Assembly: GCF_006345805.1 (NCBI RefSeq)
Contig: NC_042997.1
Coordinates: 32,116,001 to 32,180,000 of the forward strand
DNA: 64,000 nt
Direction of reading: 5' to 3'
DNA from: Octopus sinensis
Lineage: Eukaryota
Shown: piece by piece, positions 11,001 to 23,775 of the stretch
How positions within the stretch are numbered: position 1 is the stretch's first letter
How the letters are laid out: the number at the start of each line of letters is the position of its first letter
Program-made: the position numbers and the translations under genes
The notes under the pieces: model-generated
What the model was told of the DNA's origin: nothing
The model's database searches: none
The model's input: the letters and a program-made list of their open reading frames with translations, nothing else

Positions 11001-12508
11001 GTGAGGGTAAGTCAAAATTTATGTGCACATTTATTTCTGTAATTTATTAAAACAAAAGCAAGAGTTGAACAATTACATCACTTTACATTATAGTCTCCTT
11101 GTCTTTTGATGCACTTCTTCCAACAGTCCACAAGCTTGCTTATTCCATCAGAGAAGAAAGCTTTTGGCTGGTCGCACAGCCATTTATGCATTGCTTCCTG
11201 TGCTTCACCATTGATAGCAATCGACGACTTTGTAAAGGATGTTCAAGCTGTCTAAAGAGGTGATAGTCAGAAGAGGTGAGACCTGGTCTGTATACAGGGT
11301 GTTCAAGCAACTGGAACACCAATGTTTCAATGGTTTCAATAGTGTTTATGGTCGTTGCCATGCAACAATATCACTTGCTTTGACAATAGACTCCCAACAT
11401 TTGGTAGGAATTGCTTGTTTCAGTTTGTTGGTCAGCATTTCACTATAGCTTACACTGGTGACTGTAGACCCTTTTCCAGGTAATGTTCAGCATTGCCTTA
11501 CTGGCACCTGTGCCAGTGGCATGTGTAAAAGGATTCGAGCGAAGTCGTTGCCAGTGCCACCTGACTGGCCCTCGTGCCGGTGGTATATAAAAGCATCCAC
11601 TACACTCTCGGAGTGGTTAGCGTTAGGAAGGGCATCCAGCTGTAGAAACTCTGCCAGATCAAGACTGGAGCCTGGTGCAGCCATCTGGTTCGCCAGCCCT
11701 CAGTCAAACCGTCCAACCCATGCTAGCATGGAAAGCAGACGTTAAACGATGATGATGATGATGTTCCAGTATTGGACCCTTATATCCCAAAAAACTGTTA
11801 GCATCACATTTTTGCAAAAGGTCGAGTCTTGAATTTCTGTTTCGCAGGTGAGTCTAGGTGTTTCCACTCCATACTCAACCTCTTGGACTCTGGCTCAAAG
11901 TGATGGACCCAGGTCTTATCTCCTATGACTATTCTTCCTAAAAAAAAGCCTCACCTTCATCATTATAGTGGTTGAGTAAGCATTGACAGATCTCCACAAG
12001 ATTGTGCTTATGCACTTTGGTAAGCTCTTTTGGCACCCATCTTGCACAGACTTTACTGAACTGAAGCTTGTTGTGAATGATTTCATATGCAGGACCATGA
12101 CTAATTGTCAGAGCACATGCCACCTCATCAATGATCATTTGCTGGTTTACTAGAACTATCTCTCAAGCTAGTTGAATTTTCACATCAGTGGTGATTCAGT
12201 CATACATTCTTCTACTTAGAAGAATTCTGTCCCCGTATTGTACTAAAAGCCTGCAATGAATTTCAGTCCCTGGCACACTTTCAGACAAGAGAAATTGGAT
12301 GAGTGATCTTTGTTCTTCCTTTGTGTACATTGCCAGCTGAGTGACCATGTTTACTCTGTAACACAAAAAAGAAAAATGGAGAGATCAAGGTCAAACCTTG
12401 GTTATGCAACCTCAAGAGTATCGCTTTTTAGCACATGAGCGCTGAAGGCTGTGCAGCCACCCTAAGTAAAGTTCTGGTGGAAGGGCAGATAATTTTTGAT
12501 TTCTTATA
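11001..12508 (-). mobile_element. Old mariner transposon, with an RTE tail inserted at ~11490-11763
   Basis: ORF fragments FSKVCARWVPKELT and LEHPVYRPGLTSSDYHLF (WVPHEL and YSPDLAPSDY motifs). Degenerate TIRs GAGGGTAAGTCAAAATTTAT / ATAATTTTTGATTTCTT. Confidence 0.8.
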
Positions 12509-12554
12509 TATATTTGTATGTATGTATATATATATATATAATATATATTATATA

Positions 12555-12590
<36 letters not shown>

Positions 12591-12611
12591 TGTATTATGT
12601 ATGTATGTATG

Positions 12612-12642
<31 letters not shown>

Positions 12643-12976
12643 CGTCCAACCCATGGTAGCATGGAAAACGGACCTTAAACAATGATGATGATGATATATA
12701 TATATGCATGCATAGATATATATGAATATATACGCTGTGTTGTGTCCTTGAGCAAGGCACTTTATTTCACATTGTTCCAGTTCATTTAGCAGGTAAAAAT
12801 GAGCAGTACTAGAATTTCAAAGGCCAGCTTTGTCACACTGAATCTCCCTGAGAACTATGTTAAGGGTACACATGTCTATGGAGTTTTCAGCTGCTTGCAC
12901 GTTAATTTTACAAGCAGTTTGTTCTGTTGATCAGACCAACTGAAACCCTCATCATCATAACCAACGGCGTGCCAGA

Positions 12977-13009
<33 letters not shown>

Positions 13010-13106
13010 TATATATATATATACACATATGTATATATATATGTACATAAACATATATATATATATACACATACACATGTATATATATATATATACACAC
13101 ATACAT

Positions 13107-13141
<35 letters not shown>

Positions 13142-15154
13142 CACACAAACATACACACCCAAATATGTGTACATCCTCATGATTGCTATAACATTTACTT
13201 TTCCATGCTTGCATAGATGAAACAAATCTTTGTTGAAGAAGAATTTTTATACACCTGGATGCTTTTCCTGTCACCAATCTTCACCTGCTTCCAAGCAAGG
13301 TAATACTTCCCCTTGTCTATCAAGCAACAAACAGTCCAGGTATGCTTTTGCCGAGGATTGTGAGCAAATGACACCATATATACGAACAGTGGTTCTTTTT
13401 TTACAATCAGTATGCATGTCAAGGGAATGCGTACTTTCTTGCACGCACGCGCACACACCACACACACATATACACACACACACACTCACAACAAGCTTCT
13501 TCCATTCTCCATCTACCAAAGTTTACTCACAAGATACAGTAGATGACTCTAGCAGCAGTGTCTATGTTGTGCAGAGCAAACTCCAAACCACATGGTTCCA
13601 AAGTAGAATTGTTAGCCTCACAGCCAGTCTCTGTTGGCTAATTCCACTCATATGGAATTTGTCAGCTCAGAGTTATAGAGGAAGTTACCTGCCAACAGTA
13701 CCACACAGCAAGAATTAATGCAAAACCACCTGGTTACAAAACTAACTTCTAAAGCACATGGCCTATTTCTATGCTTAAATGTATTTACATATTTAGTGGT
13801 TTGTCTGTGAGTAATATGCAGAGTTACCTTAAGTGTATACAACAAAATGTCCATTTAACATAATAGAGATTTGCTATCATTGTTGAGAGAAATTAGTTTT
13901 ACAGCAATATCACAGCATTCATTCTAAAAAACATAATAGAATTTCAGATGGAATGCTAATTGTTGAAATAGTGATATAACTTTGTATTTGTCACCACACA
14001 GGAAATTAAAGTTTAACCTGAAGTGGATTTAATTCAAATGATGATAATTCTGAGAGAAATCAATATACCTTTATCAAAAATATTGACTTTGTTATTAAAA
14101 GTTTTTATATCTAAACCAAAGAGTTGTGGGCTTAGATCTCAGGATTTTGGACTTCGTGATTGAGATGACAATCTATCATGACAAATTGAAGATATTCTAT
14201 CCCACTGACCTTTTCATCTTATACAAACAAATATGAAGTTTATATTGATACATGTAAATTAGTATTTAGCTTAAGTATCAAAATGTGATGTTTTCATCCT
14301 ATGAGTGAAATAAATGAATTGCATCTATCTTCCAAATGGCAAAATCTTTCTTAAGAGAGGATATTCTCCTCCTCATCAGCATTATCATTTTAATGTCTGT
14401 TTTTTCATGTTTGCATTAGTCAGACAAAACCTGTTGAGACATATTTTCTATGACCTGATACTCTGACTATTGCCAATTTTCAAGTTTTTACCCGATTTTG
14501 TTTTCATTCAGAGTGCAAATTTCAAGACAAGGGAAGACATACATATCATATGTGTGTGTATGTGTGTGTATGCATGCGTATGTTTATGTGCATGTGTGTG
14601 TAAACTCACAAAAGGCTTCTTACAGATTTTTGTCAACAAATTTCATTAACGAAGCATTGATCAAACCATGGCTATAGTAGAAAACACCAGCTAACAGTAC
14701 CCCACATAGTGAGAACAAACCCCAAACCTTGTGATTCTCAAACGAGCTTCTTAACCATGTTAAAACTTCTGCACCAAAATGTGCATAAAATGCATGAAGG
14801 AATATACTTACATCTAGTATCTGATTTACAACTACATTTCTCAGTTATCAGTCCACAATATCAAATAAATCAATATCTTTTCTCTTCTCAAGAATTCTTT
14901 GTAGTGGAATATGTGTTTATTCATTCATTAAATGTCCATTTTTTTCATGTTACCATGAGTTGGAAAGGAACTTACTTCAGGCAGGTTTTTACTACTGAAT
15001 GCTTTTTGTGTCATCTACATGTACCTGCTTTTCAAATAAGAGATCCTCACAAGCTCAGACCAACTGGACATAATGTCAACAAGGACTATAAACATGATAT
15101 CACCATTTCACTGTAACAAGTAAAGCAGTGGAATGTCAATATTCATGCACCTAC

Positions 15155-15344
15155 CCATACACACACACACTGCATACATACATATATACATACATACATA
15201 CAACATACATACATACATACACACACACATACATACATACATACATATATACATCATACATATATACATACATACATACATACATTAATACATACATACA
15301 TACATACATACATACATACATACATACATACATACATACATACA

Positions 15345-15390
<46 letters not shown>

Positions 15391-15391
15391 A
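15155..15391. repeat. (CATA)n/(TA)n microsatellite
   Basis: Visible directly. Confidence 0.95.
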
Positions 15392-15741
15392 TTATGATAA
15401 GTGCTTAGAAAGAAATTTTCTAGCCTATATGCTGAGAAATAGATGCTAAATGATCTCACCAGTCAAAGAAGTCACAAACACGATTGATGAAGGGTTTTAC
15501 TTTTACTTTTTTCCTTATTAAGAAGCAGAGTTTTGTCATTGTAAACTAGCTTGAAATAATCATTCACCAAAAATTGTAATACCCTAATAATTTATTTTAT
15601 GTGTAACTGGAATCATGTTTGGAATTATGTTTGCTGGAATCAAGGTTTATGGGAAGAAAGGTAATGAAATGTTTGTTAGGAATTAAATATAAAACCTAGT
15701 GTAAGAAAAATATTCACATAATGTGTTGACAGAAGAAGATT

Positions 15742-16860
15742 ATGGAAAATGAATTGAGAACCAGATTATTAAAACAGCAGAGAAAACCATATTACTGTGA
15801 TATATTTTCTAAACCATTCTCTGAAAGTGGTAACTGGACTATTTACAAGCATAGTCATATAGGAGAGATATTATATCACTGTGATGTCTTTGGTAAATTA
15901 TTTCCAATTGATATTTATTTAACTCTTCCCAAAAGTAAAGCAGTTGGTGTTAGAAATAGAATCCTAGCCAAAACAGACAATTGGATCCTGGTACAGCTCT
16001 CTGGCTTGCCAGCTCCTATTGACCAACCTATCCCAGCATGAAAAATGGATATTAAATGATGACGACGATGATCTTTAGTAAATAATTCTCTGGAAGTGGT
16101 GAAATAACCACTCACAAACTTATTTATTGGAGAAAGATACTATACCACTGTGTTATCAGTGGTAAATCATTCTTTTCAACTGCTTTCCCATCTTCTCACA
16201 AGCATATTCATACAGATGAAAAGCCATATCACTGATATCTTTGGTAAATTTTTCTCTCAAAGTAGTATCTTAACTATACACATGTATATATTACATGGTA
16301 AATGTAGGTTCTCTGGAATATGCAGTTTGTCTAAACAAATATGCATTTGTACAGGAGAGAGACTATCACTGTGATAAGTGTAGTAAATCAATCTCTATGG
16401 ATAGTCACTTAACAACTACTAAACATATTCATATAGGAAAGAAGCTATATCTCTGAGATAACATTCTCAGTCGACTTTTTACAAATGCATTCATGCAGGA
16501 GATAAACTATATCATTAAGATATCCATGGTAATTCCTTCTCTTGAAGGTATAAGTTAGCTACTAACAAAAGTGTTCATCCAGGAGATAAGCTTTATTCCT
16601 ATGATTTAGTAAATCAATTTTTCAAAAAAGCAGCTTAACTTGACACAATCTAATTTATATAGGTGAGAAGCTGTTCAAAATCATTCTCCCAAAATACAAG
16701 TAGACTTTTATTCAGAAGAGTAAGCATGTTACTTTCTTTAACAACAGATGTTGTTTAGAAAAGAGAGAAAGTATAACAGTGGTATCAATCGCCTGACATT
16801 ATTCTACACAATTGGAGATGAATTTTCATTGGTGAGATTAACTTACAAGTGTAATGTTTT
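15742..16860 (+). pseudogene. Decayed tandem C2H2 zinc-finger gene, interrupted by an RTE tail fragment at ~15930-16072
   Basis: KPYYCDIFSKPFSESGNWTIYKHSHIGEILYHCDVFGKLF. Recurrent eroded HTGEKPYHCDICGKSFS-type DNA (GGAGAGAGACTATCACTGTGAT, GGTAAATCATTCT) with stops and frameshifts. End approximate. Confidence 0.8.
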
Positions 16861-17153
16861 AATAAAAACATTTGTTTAGAATACTAGCACAGACATGCCT
16901 GTTTGACTACGAAGTTCACTTTGCAACTATATGGACTTGGGTTCAATCCCAATATGCAGTACTGGAAGCAAATGTCTTTTACTACAGCCCTGAGCAAACC
17001 AATGCCTTGTGAATGAATTTAGTAGGTGGAAACTGTGCAGAAGCCTATTGCATATGTATGTATACATACACACTTACACATGTACACTCACACAAACACT
17101 TCTCCACTTTTAAATAGGGATAAATATTAATTTTTGGTATTAATGCTGTTTCT

Positions 17154-17743
17154 CATCATCATCATTGTTTAACGTCCGCTTTCCATGCTAGCATGGGTTG
17201 GATGGTTCAACCGGGGTCTGGGAAGTCAGGAGGCTGCACCAGGCTCCAGGCTGATCTGGCAGTGTTTCTACAGCTGGATGCCCTTCCTAACGCCAACCAC
17301 TCCGTGAGTGTAGTGGGTGCTTTTTACATGCCACCCGCACAGGTGCCAGACAGAGCTGGCAAACAGCCACGAATGGATGGTGCTTTTACGTGTCACCGGC
17401 ACGGGGGCCAGGCGAGGCTGGCAACGGACACAAACGGATGGTGCTTTTACGTGCCACCAACACGGGGGCCAGACAGAGCTGGCAAACGGCCACGAACGGA
17501 TGGTGCTTTTACGTGTCATCGGCATGGGGACCAGGCGAGGCTGGCAATGGACACGAACGGATGGTGCTTTTACGTGCCACGACACATGGGGCCAGACAGA
17601 GCTGGCAAACGGACACGAACGGGTGGTGCTTTTACGTGCCACCGACACGGGGGCCAGACAGAGCTGGCAAACAGCCATGAACGGATGGTGCTTTTACGTG
17701 TCACCTGCACGGGGGCCAGGTGAGGCTGGCAACGGACATGAAC
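17154..17743 (-). mobile_element. RTE 3' tail with an array of six to seven 61/62-bp units
   Basis: (CAT)n at 17154, conserved tail, then ATGGTGCTTTTACGTG (one copy GTGG) recurring at 17377, 17438, 17500, 17561, 17623 and 17685. Confidence 0.85.
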
Positions 17744-17801
17744 AGAAATATATATATACATACACACACACACATATATACAAATGTATATTAAGATATG
17801 A

Positions 17802-17838
<37 letters not shown>

Positions 17839-17935
17839 AATCCAAACATGAACAAGCAAAAAAAAACAACAAAACAAGGATGTGGAATAAGTGCCGTGTT
17901 ATTGGATGCTCAGGAAAGGAAAGAAAAGAAAGAGG

Positions 17936-17970
17936 ATTTCACATTTCAAGCGGAGCTCTTCATCAGAAAT
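17936..17970 (-). ncRNA. Degenerate minimal hammerhead motif in a PLE-like remnant (same family as 9478)
   Basis: Reverse complement ATTT-CTGATGA-A-GAGC(tcc)GCTT-GAAA-TGTG-AAAT. The triplet is GUG, so it is probably inactive. Confidence 0.45.
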
Positions 17971-18429
17971 ATAGAAAAAGTCCAAAGAAGGGAAGGGAAT
18001 GGGTGAAGAAAAAGTTCTTTGATAGCATATGTATGTGCGTGTGTGTGTGTTTTTGTGACTGTTTATGTATGTGTGTGGTTGGACTTAGTGTCGCTTAAAG
18101 TCATAGGAAGAATTTATAGTAAGAATTTTTGTAGGAGTGGCTGTCTGTTGTGTGTCTCCCTACACAAGTGTCTAGGAGAATGGTCAGTAGAAAGGTGTTT
18201 AACTGGTAGTTTGATGTATGTGTGTGTGTGCGTGTATGTATATGTAGTGTGTGTGTGAGTGTGTATGTGTGTGTATGTGTGTGAAGTTGTGTGTGGGGTT
18301 GTGTCTGTGGAGTAAATGTACGTTACTCTGTGTGTGCATGTGTGTGTGTCCATGTATGTATGACATCCACATTAAATACTGAAGATATACAGAAACAGAT
18401 TCCATCACATGCCAGGGGAAGAAACTAGA

Positions 18430-19521
18430 AGTTAATAGCTTCCACTACCTAGACAACCAAGTCTATAGTGGGGGTGGTTGCTCTGAGAGTGTAGCTGCTA
18501 GAATAAGAATAACCTGGGCAAAGTTCAGGGAGCTCCTACCTCTGCTGGCAACTAAGGGCCTCTCCCTCAGGATGAAAGGTAGACTGTATGATGCATGTGT
18601 ATGAACTGCCATGCTACATGGCAGTGAAACATGGGCCATGACTGCTGAGGACATGCACAGGCTTGAAAGAAATGAAGCTAGTATGATCCGCTGGATGTGT
18701 AATGTCAGTGTGCATGCAAGACAGAGTGTGAGTACTCTGAGAGAAAAGTTGGGCATAAGAAGCATTAAATGTGATGTGCAAGAGAGACGACTGTGCTGGT
18801 ATGTATGGATGAGGACAGTTGTGTGAGGAAGTGCTACATTCTAACTGTGGAAGGAACCCGTGGAAGAGGTAGAGCCAGGAAGACATAGGATGTGGTGGTG
18901 AAGCATAAACTTCGAACAGAGGCAATGACAGGAGTCTGAGACCTTTGGAGATATGCTGTGATTGAGAAGACCCAGCAACTAAAGTGAGACTGCAGCCATG
19001 GCCATGCCAGTGTTTTATGTCTTACCCATTCAAGAGTACCCTTGATGCGTCAGGCAATATGATATGCTTGAGAAGATTTGTTGAGTCAAGTAAAACCAAA
19101 ATCGTAGCTGTAGCCAGTGTCTCCTGACTGGCTCCCATTCTGGTGGCATGTAAAATGCATCATCCGAATGTGGTTGATGCCAATATCCCCTGACTAGCTC
19201 CTGTGCCAGTGGCACATAAAAAGCACTATCCGAACTTGATCAATGCCAGGGCAACCTGACTGGCTCCCATGCCAGTGGCATGTAAAAAGCACCATCTGAA
19301 CGTGGCCAATGTCAGTACTCCCTGACTGGCTCCTGTGCTGGTGGCACATAAAAAGCCCCACTACACTCTCAGAATGGTTGTCGTTAGGAAGGGCATCCAG
19401 CTGTAGAAACATTGCCATATCAGATTGGAGCCTAGTGTAGCCACTGGCTCTCCAGACCTCAGTCAAATTGTCCAACCCATGCCAGCATGGAAAACGGACG
19501 TTAAACGATGATGATGATGAT
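18430..19521 (+). mobile_element. 5'-truncated RTE LINE (ORF2 C-terminal part, repeat 3'UTR, (GAT)n)
   Basis: ARIRITWAKFRELLPLL...KGRLYDACV*TAMLHGSETWAMTAEDMHRLERNEASMIRWMCNVS...RRLCWY is the classic RTE/BovB-type C-terminus. Tail (GAT)n at ~19507-19521. Confidence 0.9.
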
Positions 19522-20320
19522 AAGGACAGCTATTGTCTGCTTACTATTTGTGAAATAATACTTCGGTTATTTCCAGTTAATCTCACACAGTTACATGGAG
19601 ACACACAAATACACAGTCTCATACAGTTACGTACACATACAAACACTTACACATAGTCTCATACAGTTACACGTATGCATGTATGCACACACACACACAC
19701 AGATATCATCAGACAATCTGTGTCATATTTTTCATTTACTTATTTTTATTGGAACGCTAATGCTGAGGGAAGAAGTGGGTGTGACAAGTGGGTAAAGTGG
19801 ACTGACATCATTGAGAGAAGGGGAGGGTATACCGAGTGAGGAAAACGGATTATATTTATATAGAACACAATACAAACACTTTGTAATTTAATAGCTTTTA
19901 ATGTGATAACTGTTAAACAGAAATTATTTTTATCTAATGAAAATTTAATAAAATCTAATCATAAGTAAGTAACATTATACTAAACACAACTAAATTGCAA
20001 ACCTTTTTCCCCTGGCCATATCAGCAACTTTGAAAACTTTTGGGTGTGAATTTTATTAGTATAAGTTTTTTTTTAACAATTTTTATCAAGAAAATTACCT
20101 GCGTAAATTACACCAGTGACAAATTACATGGGATTTTTTATGGTAAGTTTTTTTATATCTCATGTCACTTAATGCATGTGCATAAATGCAATTCTGTGAA
20201 ATATTCATGCTTATTGATGTGGCATATATATGCAATTTAACTAAAGGTTGTATCATACGTATGGGATATTTTTTCTTTGTTTATGGGAAAAATAGAAAAA
20301 TATGAGTGAATATGTATTTT

Positions 20321-20706
20321 GGATGGAAGCACTCCGTCGGTTACGATGACGAGGGTTCCGGTTGATCCGATCAACGGAACAGCCTGCTCGTGAAATTAAC
20401 GTGTAAGTGGCTGAGCACTCCACAGACACGTGCACCCTTAACGTAGTTCTCGGGGATATTCAGCGTGACACAGAGAGTGACAAGGCCGGCCCTTTGAAAT
20501 ACAGGTACAACAGAAACAGGAAGTAAGAGTGAGAGAAAGTTGTGGTGAAAGAGTACAGCAGGGATCACCACCATCCCTGCCGGAGCCTCGTGGAGCTTTA
20601 GGTGTTTTCGCTCAATAAACACTCACAACACCCGGTCTGGGAATCGAAACCGCGATCCTACGACCGCGAGTCCGCTGCCCTAACCACTGGGCCATTGTGC
20701 CTCCAC
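20321..20706 (-). mobile_element. tRNA-derived SINE (family B), young copy with TSD
   Basis: Head (reverse complement) TGGCCCAGTGGTTAG...GGTTTCGATTCCC carries A and B boxes. 11-bp TSD ATATGTATTTT at 20310-20320 and 20707-20717. Near-identical copy at 36460-36830. Confidence 0.85.
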
Positions 20707-21084
20707 ATATGTATTTTATGAATGCTATATATTAAGTCTATAAAATTGTGCATAAAGTGTATAAAGTGTATATACAAAGTGCATTAAGTAATCATCGTAT
20801 TCCAATTTCTTTCACTTTTCAATGAGTAACAGATGAGCGACTGTCTTTCCATACAGACACAACACAGGCTATACTTTCAGGTTTTTTGGATAAAGTTTTC
20901 AGAAATAACCCAATAGGTTTGCCATTAATTTCATGAAGTATTCATGGGTCCCACTAGTAAGAATAAATAAGCATTACTTTTGATAGAATAATATGAATGT
21001 TAAAGGGTTAAAAGATTATACTGTTAATGCATTATTTAAAAGCTAATGTCATCTGATTATACTGGTCAACAAAATTAAATGTAT

Positions 21085-21497
21085 AGGCGTAGGAGTGGCT
21101 GTGTGGTAAGTAGCTTGCTTGCCAACCACATGGTTCCGGGTTCAGTCCCACTGCGTAACACCTTGGGCAAGTGTCTTCTACTATAGCCTTGAGCCAACCA
21201 AAGCTTTGTGAGTGGATTTGGTAGACAGAAACTGAAAGAAGCCTGTCGTATATATGTATATATATGTATGTGTGTGTATATGTTTGTGTGTCTGTGTTTG
21301 TCCTCCCAATATCACTTGACAACCAATGCTAGTGTGTTTACGTCCCCGTAACTTAGTGGCTTGGCAAAAGAGACCGATAGAATAAGTACTAGGCTTACAA
21401 AGAATAAGTCCTGGGGTCAATTTGCTCGACTAAAGGCGGTGCTCCAGCATGACCGCAGTCAAATGACTGAAACAAGTAAAAGAGTAAAGAAAGAGTA
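21085..21497 (+). mobile_element. tRNA-derived SINE (family A)
   Basis: GGCGTAGGAGTGGCTGTGTGGTAAG (A box)...GGGTTCAGTCCC (B box), internal TA/TG microsatellite, tail GAAACAAGTAAAAGAGTAAAGA. Confidence 0.85.
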
Positions 21498-21628
21498 TAC
21501 TCATTATGAATGCAAACCAACTTTTTTAGACTAATTTTTCCTGCTGATTTCAAAATTTCACTCTATTTGTATGCAGCACATATCAATTTTTCAGTAGATA
21601 CATGCAAAAATTTACATATTTGTGTATA

Positions 21629-21963
21629 AAGACCCCCTTCGGTCATGAATGACCATGGGATTGCACCTAGAAAGTTACCCTCCTAGACACAAGTCCGGGC
21701 AAGGTTGTTTATGGAAGGCTAGCAGTCGCCCATGCATACCAGCCTCCCCTCTCCACGCCACCAGTTTTTATCCAAGGGAAAGGCAAGGGCCGATACAGCT
21801 TGGAACCTGTGACGTCGCAACTCATTTCTACAGCTGAGTGAACTGGAGCAACGTGAAATAAAGTGCCTTGCTCGAGAACACAACACGCAGCCTGGTCCGG
21901 GATTCGAGCTCACAACCTCACGATCGTAAGCTCGACGATCTAACCACTGAGCCATGCGCCTTC
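21629..21963 (-). mobile_element. tRNA-derived SINE (family C, CORE-like central region) with TSD
   Basis: Head (reverse complement) GGCGCATGGCTCAGTGGTTAGATCG...GAGCTCGAATCCC. TSD ATATTTGTGTATA on both sides. Diverged copy at 62633-62945. Confidence 0.85.
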
Positions 21964-22111
21964 ATATTTGTGTATATGAAATCATTAATGTAATAAATAA
22001 GGACATATTATTTTTAGAAAGTAAATGAGCTTACTGAGTTAAAAATCATGACTATCATTGTACAAAGAGTGAATACACAAAAAATGGGCCAGACAAAGTT
22101 AGAACAACAGA

Positions 22112-23775
22112 GTTAGAAACATTGTGATTTTGGATTTCCTGTGGTGCTCCTGATCTGGTTGATCACAGTAAAGTGTCCAGCAGTAGCCAGACAGCATACT
22201 GTCATTCTAGAAGCCTTGGTACCGTTTCTCGATAGCACTAATAATGTCCTGGTGAAATCTTTCACCATGTTCATCAGACACTGCTACAATGTTATCTGCA
22301 AAGAAATCCAGATGGGAGTCCAAGGAGTGAACTTTCAGTGACATGCGACAACCCATTGCTGAGTAACATTTTAGAAGATTCTTGATGCCATCTTTGTAGT
22401 CGATTGCCTTCTTGTTGCCCAAGAAATTCTCACAGATCCAATTGAAAGCATTCCAGCAGGCAGTTTCAGTTTATCCAGTGTTGTCTTAAAGGTGACATCT
22501 TTGAGTACATCTCTAATTTGGGGTTCAGCAGAGATACCCTCTTTCAACTTCACCTGTGTGATTTTGGGCAACTTTTTTACAATATACTCAAACCCTCTGG
22601 TACTTTTCTTCTCTAGTATCTTTACAAACTGTTTCGTCAGTCCAAGTTTTATGAGCAATGGAGGTAATAGGACATTACATGGATGTACAAGAGGTTTATT
22701 CTTGATGCTAGACAGTCCTGGCTGGTATGATGTTCTTGTCTGCCAGTTTGATTCCGAATAATGTCTGTCAGTTGCCCAACTGTCCCATAGACACAAGAAA
22801 CAACTGTATTTTGTGAAACCTGATTGCATTCCCATTAACAGTCCAATGACTTTTAAATCTCTGCAAATTTTCCATTAGTATTTTTCATTGGCAAAGGCAT
22901 GAAGTAAAAGTTTCATACTCTCATATGATTCATGAAGATGAAAGGAGAGTGCAATAGGAATGGAAGGCTTCATATTACCATTATGGAGAAGTACAGCTTT
23001 TAAACTTCGTTTTGTAGAGTCAATAAACAAATGCCACGCTGTAGGATCATGATTTTGTGATAAACATTCAAAGTCCATCATTGTTACTGCAAAAGTAAAG
23101 CACACATTCAACAGAAAAATACATTTTTAGCACCACATTTCTCTGCCAAAAATAAGTTATACGAACACCGTGCTCTAGCTGATACTTCTCCTTAAGTCTT
23201 GATGCCAACAGTTCTGCTTTATCTTTTGAGAAGGATAGTTCTCTGACTAGGTCATTCAGTTCAGCTTGGAAAAATTTCTGAGGCTCAAAGCTATTGTCAT
23301 CAGCCATATAATCTTCCTCAGTAGCACTATCGTGATAATCAGCATCATCATCTGATGTTTCAATACCATCATCTGGTGGAACTGGAATTGGGAAACTTCC
23401 ATTGTGAGGTACAGGCCTCATTGCAGAATCCAAATTGGGATACACAATTGTGTGTTTATTCTTTATAGAAAATCTTGTGACATTTACTTTGCAAAAATAA
23501 CAGTCATTAAAATGGTCTTTCAGCTCCCTCTATATCATTGGAATGGCAAAAGGCACGGACTTCTTATTATTGAACCAGTTACATAAGCCATTTGTGCAAG
23601 CTGAGCAGATAAAATGTGGTGCCCATAACTTGTCCTGATCTCCAAGAGGACAGTCAAAGTATAGCTTTTAAATCTTCTTGATCTCTGGTGTTACTGTACG
23701 TTTTTGAGCTTTCACAATAAATTGTCCACTGACATAACAAAACACATCAATATTATTTCTACACTGTCTTGACAT
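22112..23775 (-). pseudogene. Chapaev3-like transposase pseudogene
   Basis: Frameshifted fragments MSRQCRNNIDVFCYVSG, YPNLDSAMRPVPH, ELSFSKDKAELLASRLKEK, WHLFIDSTKRSLKAVLLHNGN, SGFTKYSCFLCLWDS, LLPPLLIKLGLTKQFVK, SDEHGERFHQDI. Confidence 0.85.

Noticed and set aside
14345-14385. CTGATGA plus stem on the minus strand as a hammerhead
   Set aside because: No GAAA directly after stem II and no stem I; it lies in a decayed (CAT)n tail.
17330-17743. CRISPR array
   Set aside because: The intervening segments are themselves repeats (two variants), there are no cas genes, the context is eukaryotic, and it is part of an RTE 3'UTR.
21890-21963. tRNA gene (also SINE heads at ~20640-20706, 21085, 61580, 62633)
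   Set aside because: A and B boxes are present but run into SINE bodies with tails and TSDs; no proper acceptor stem seen.
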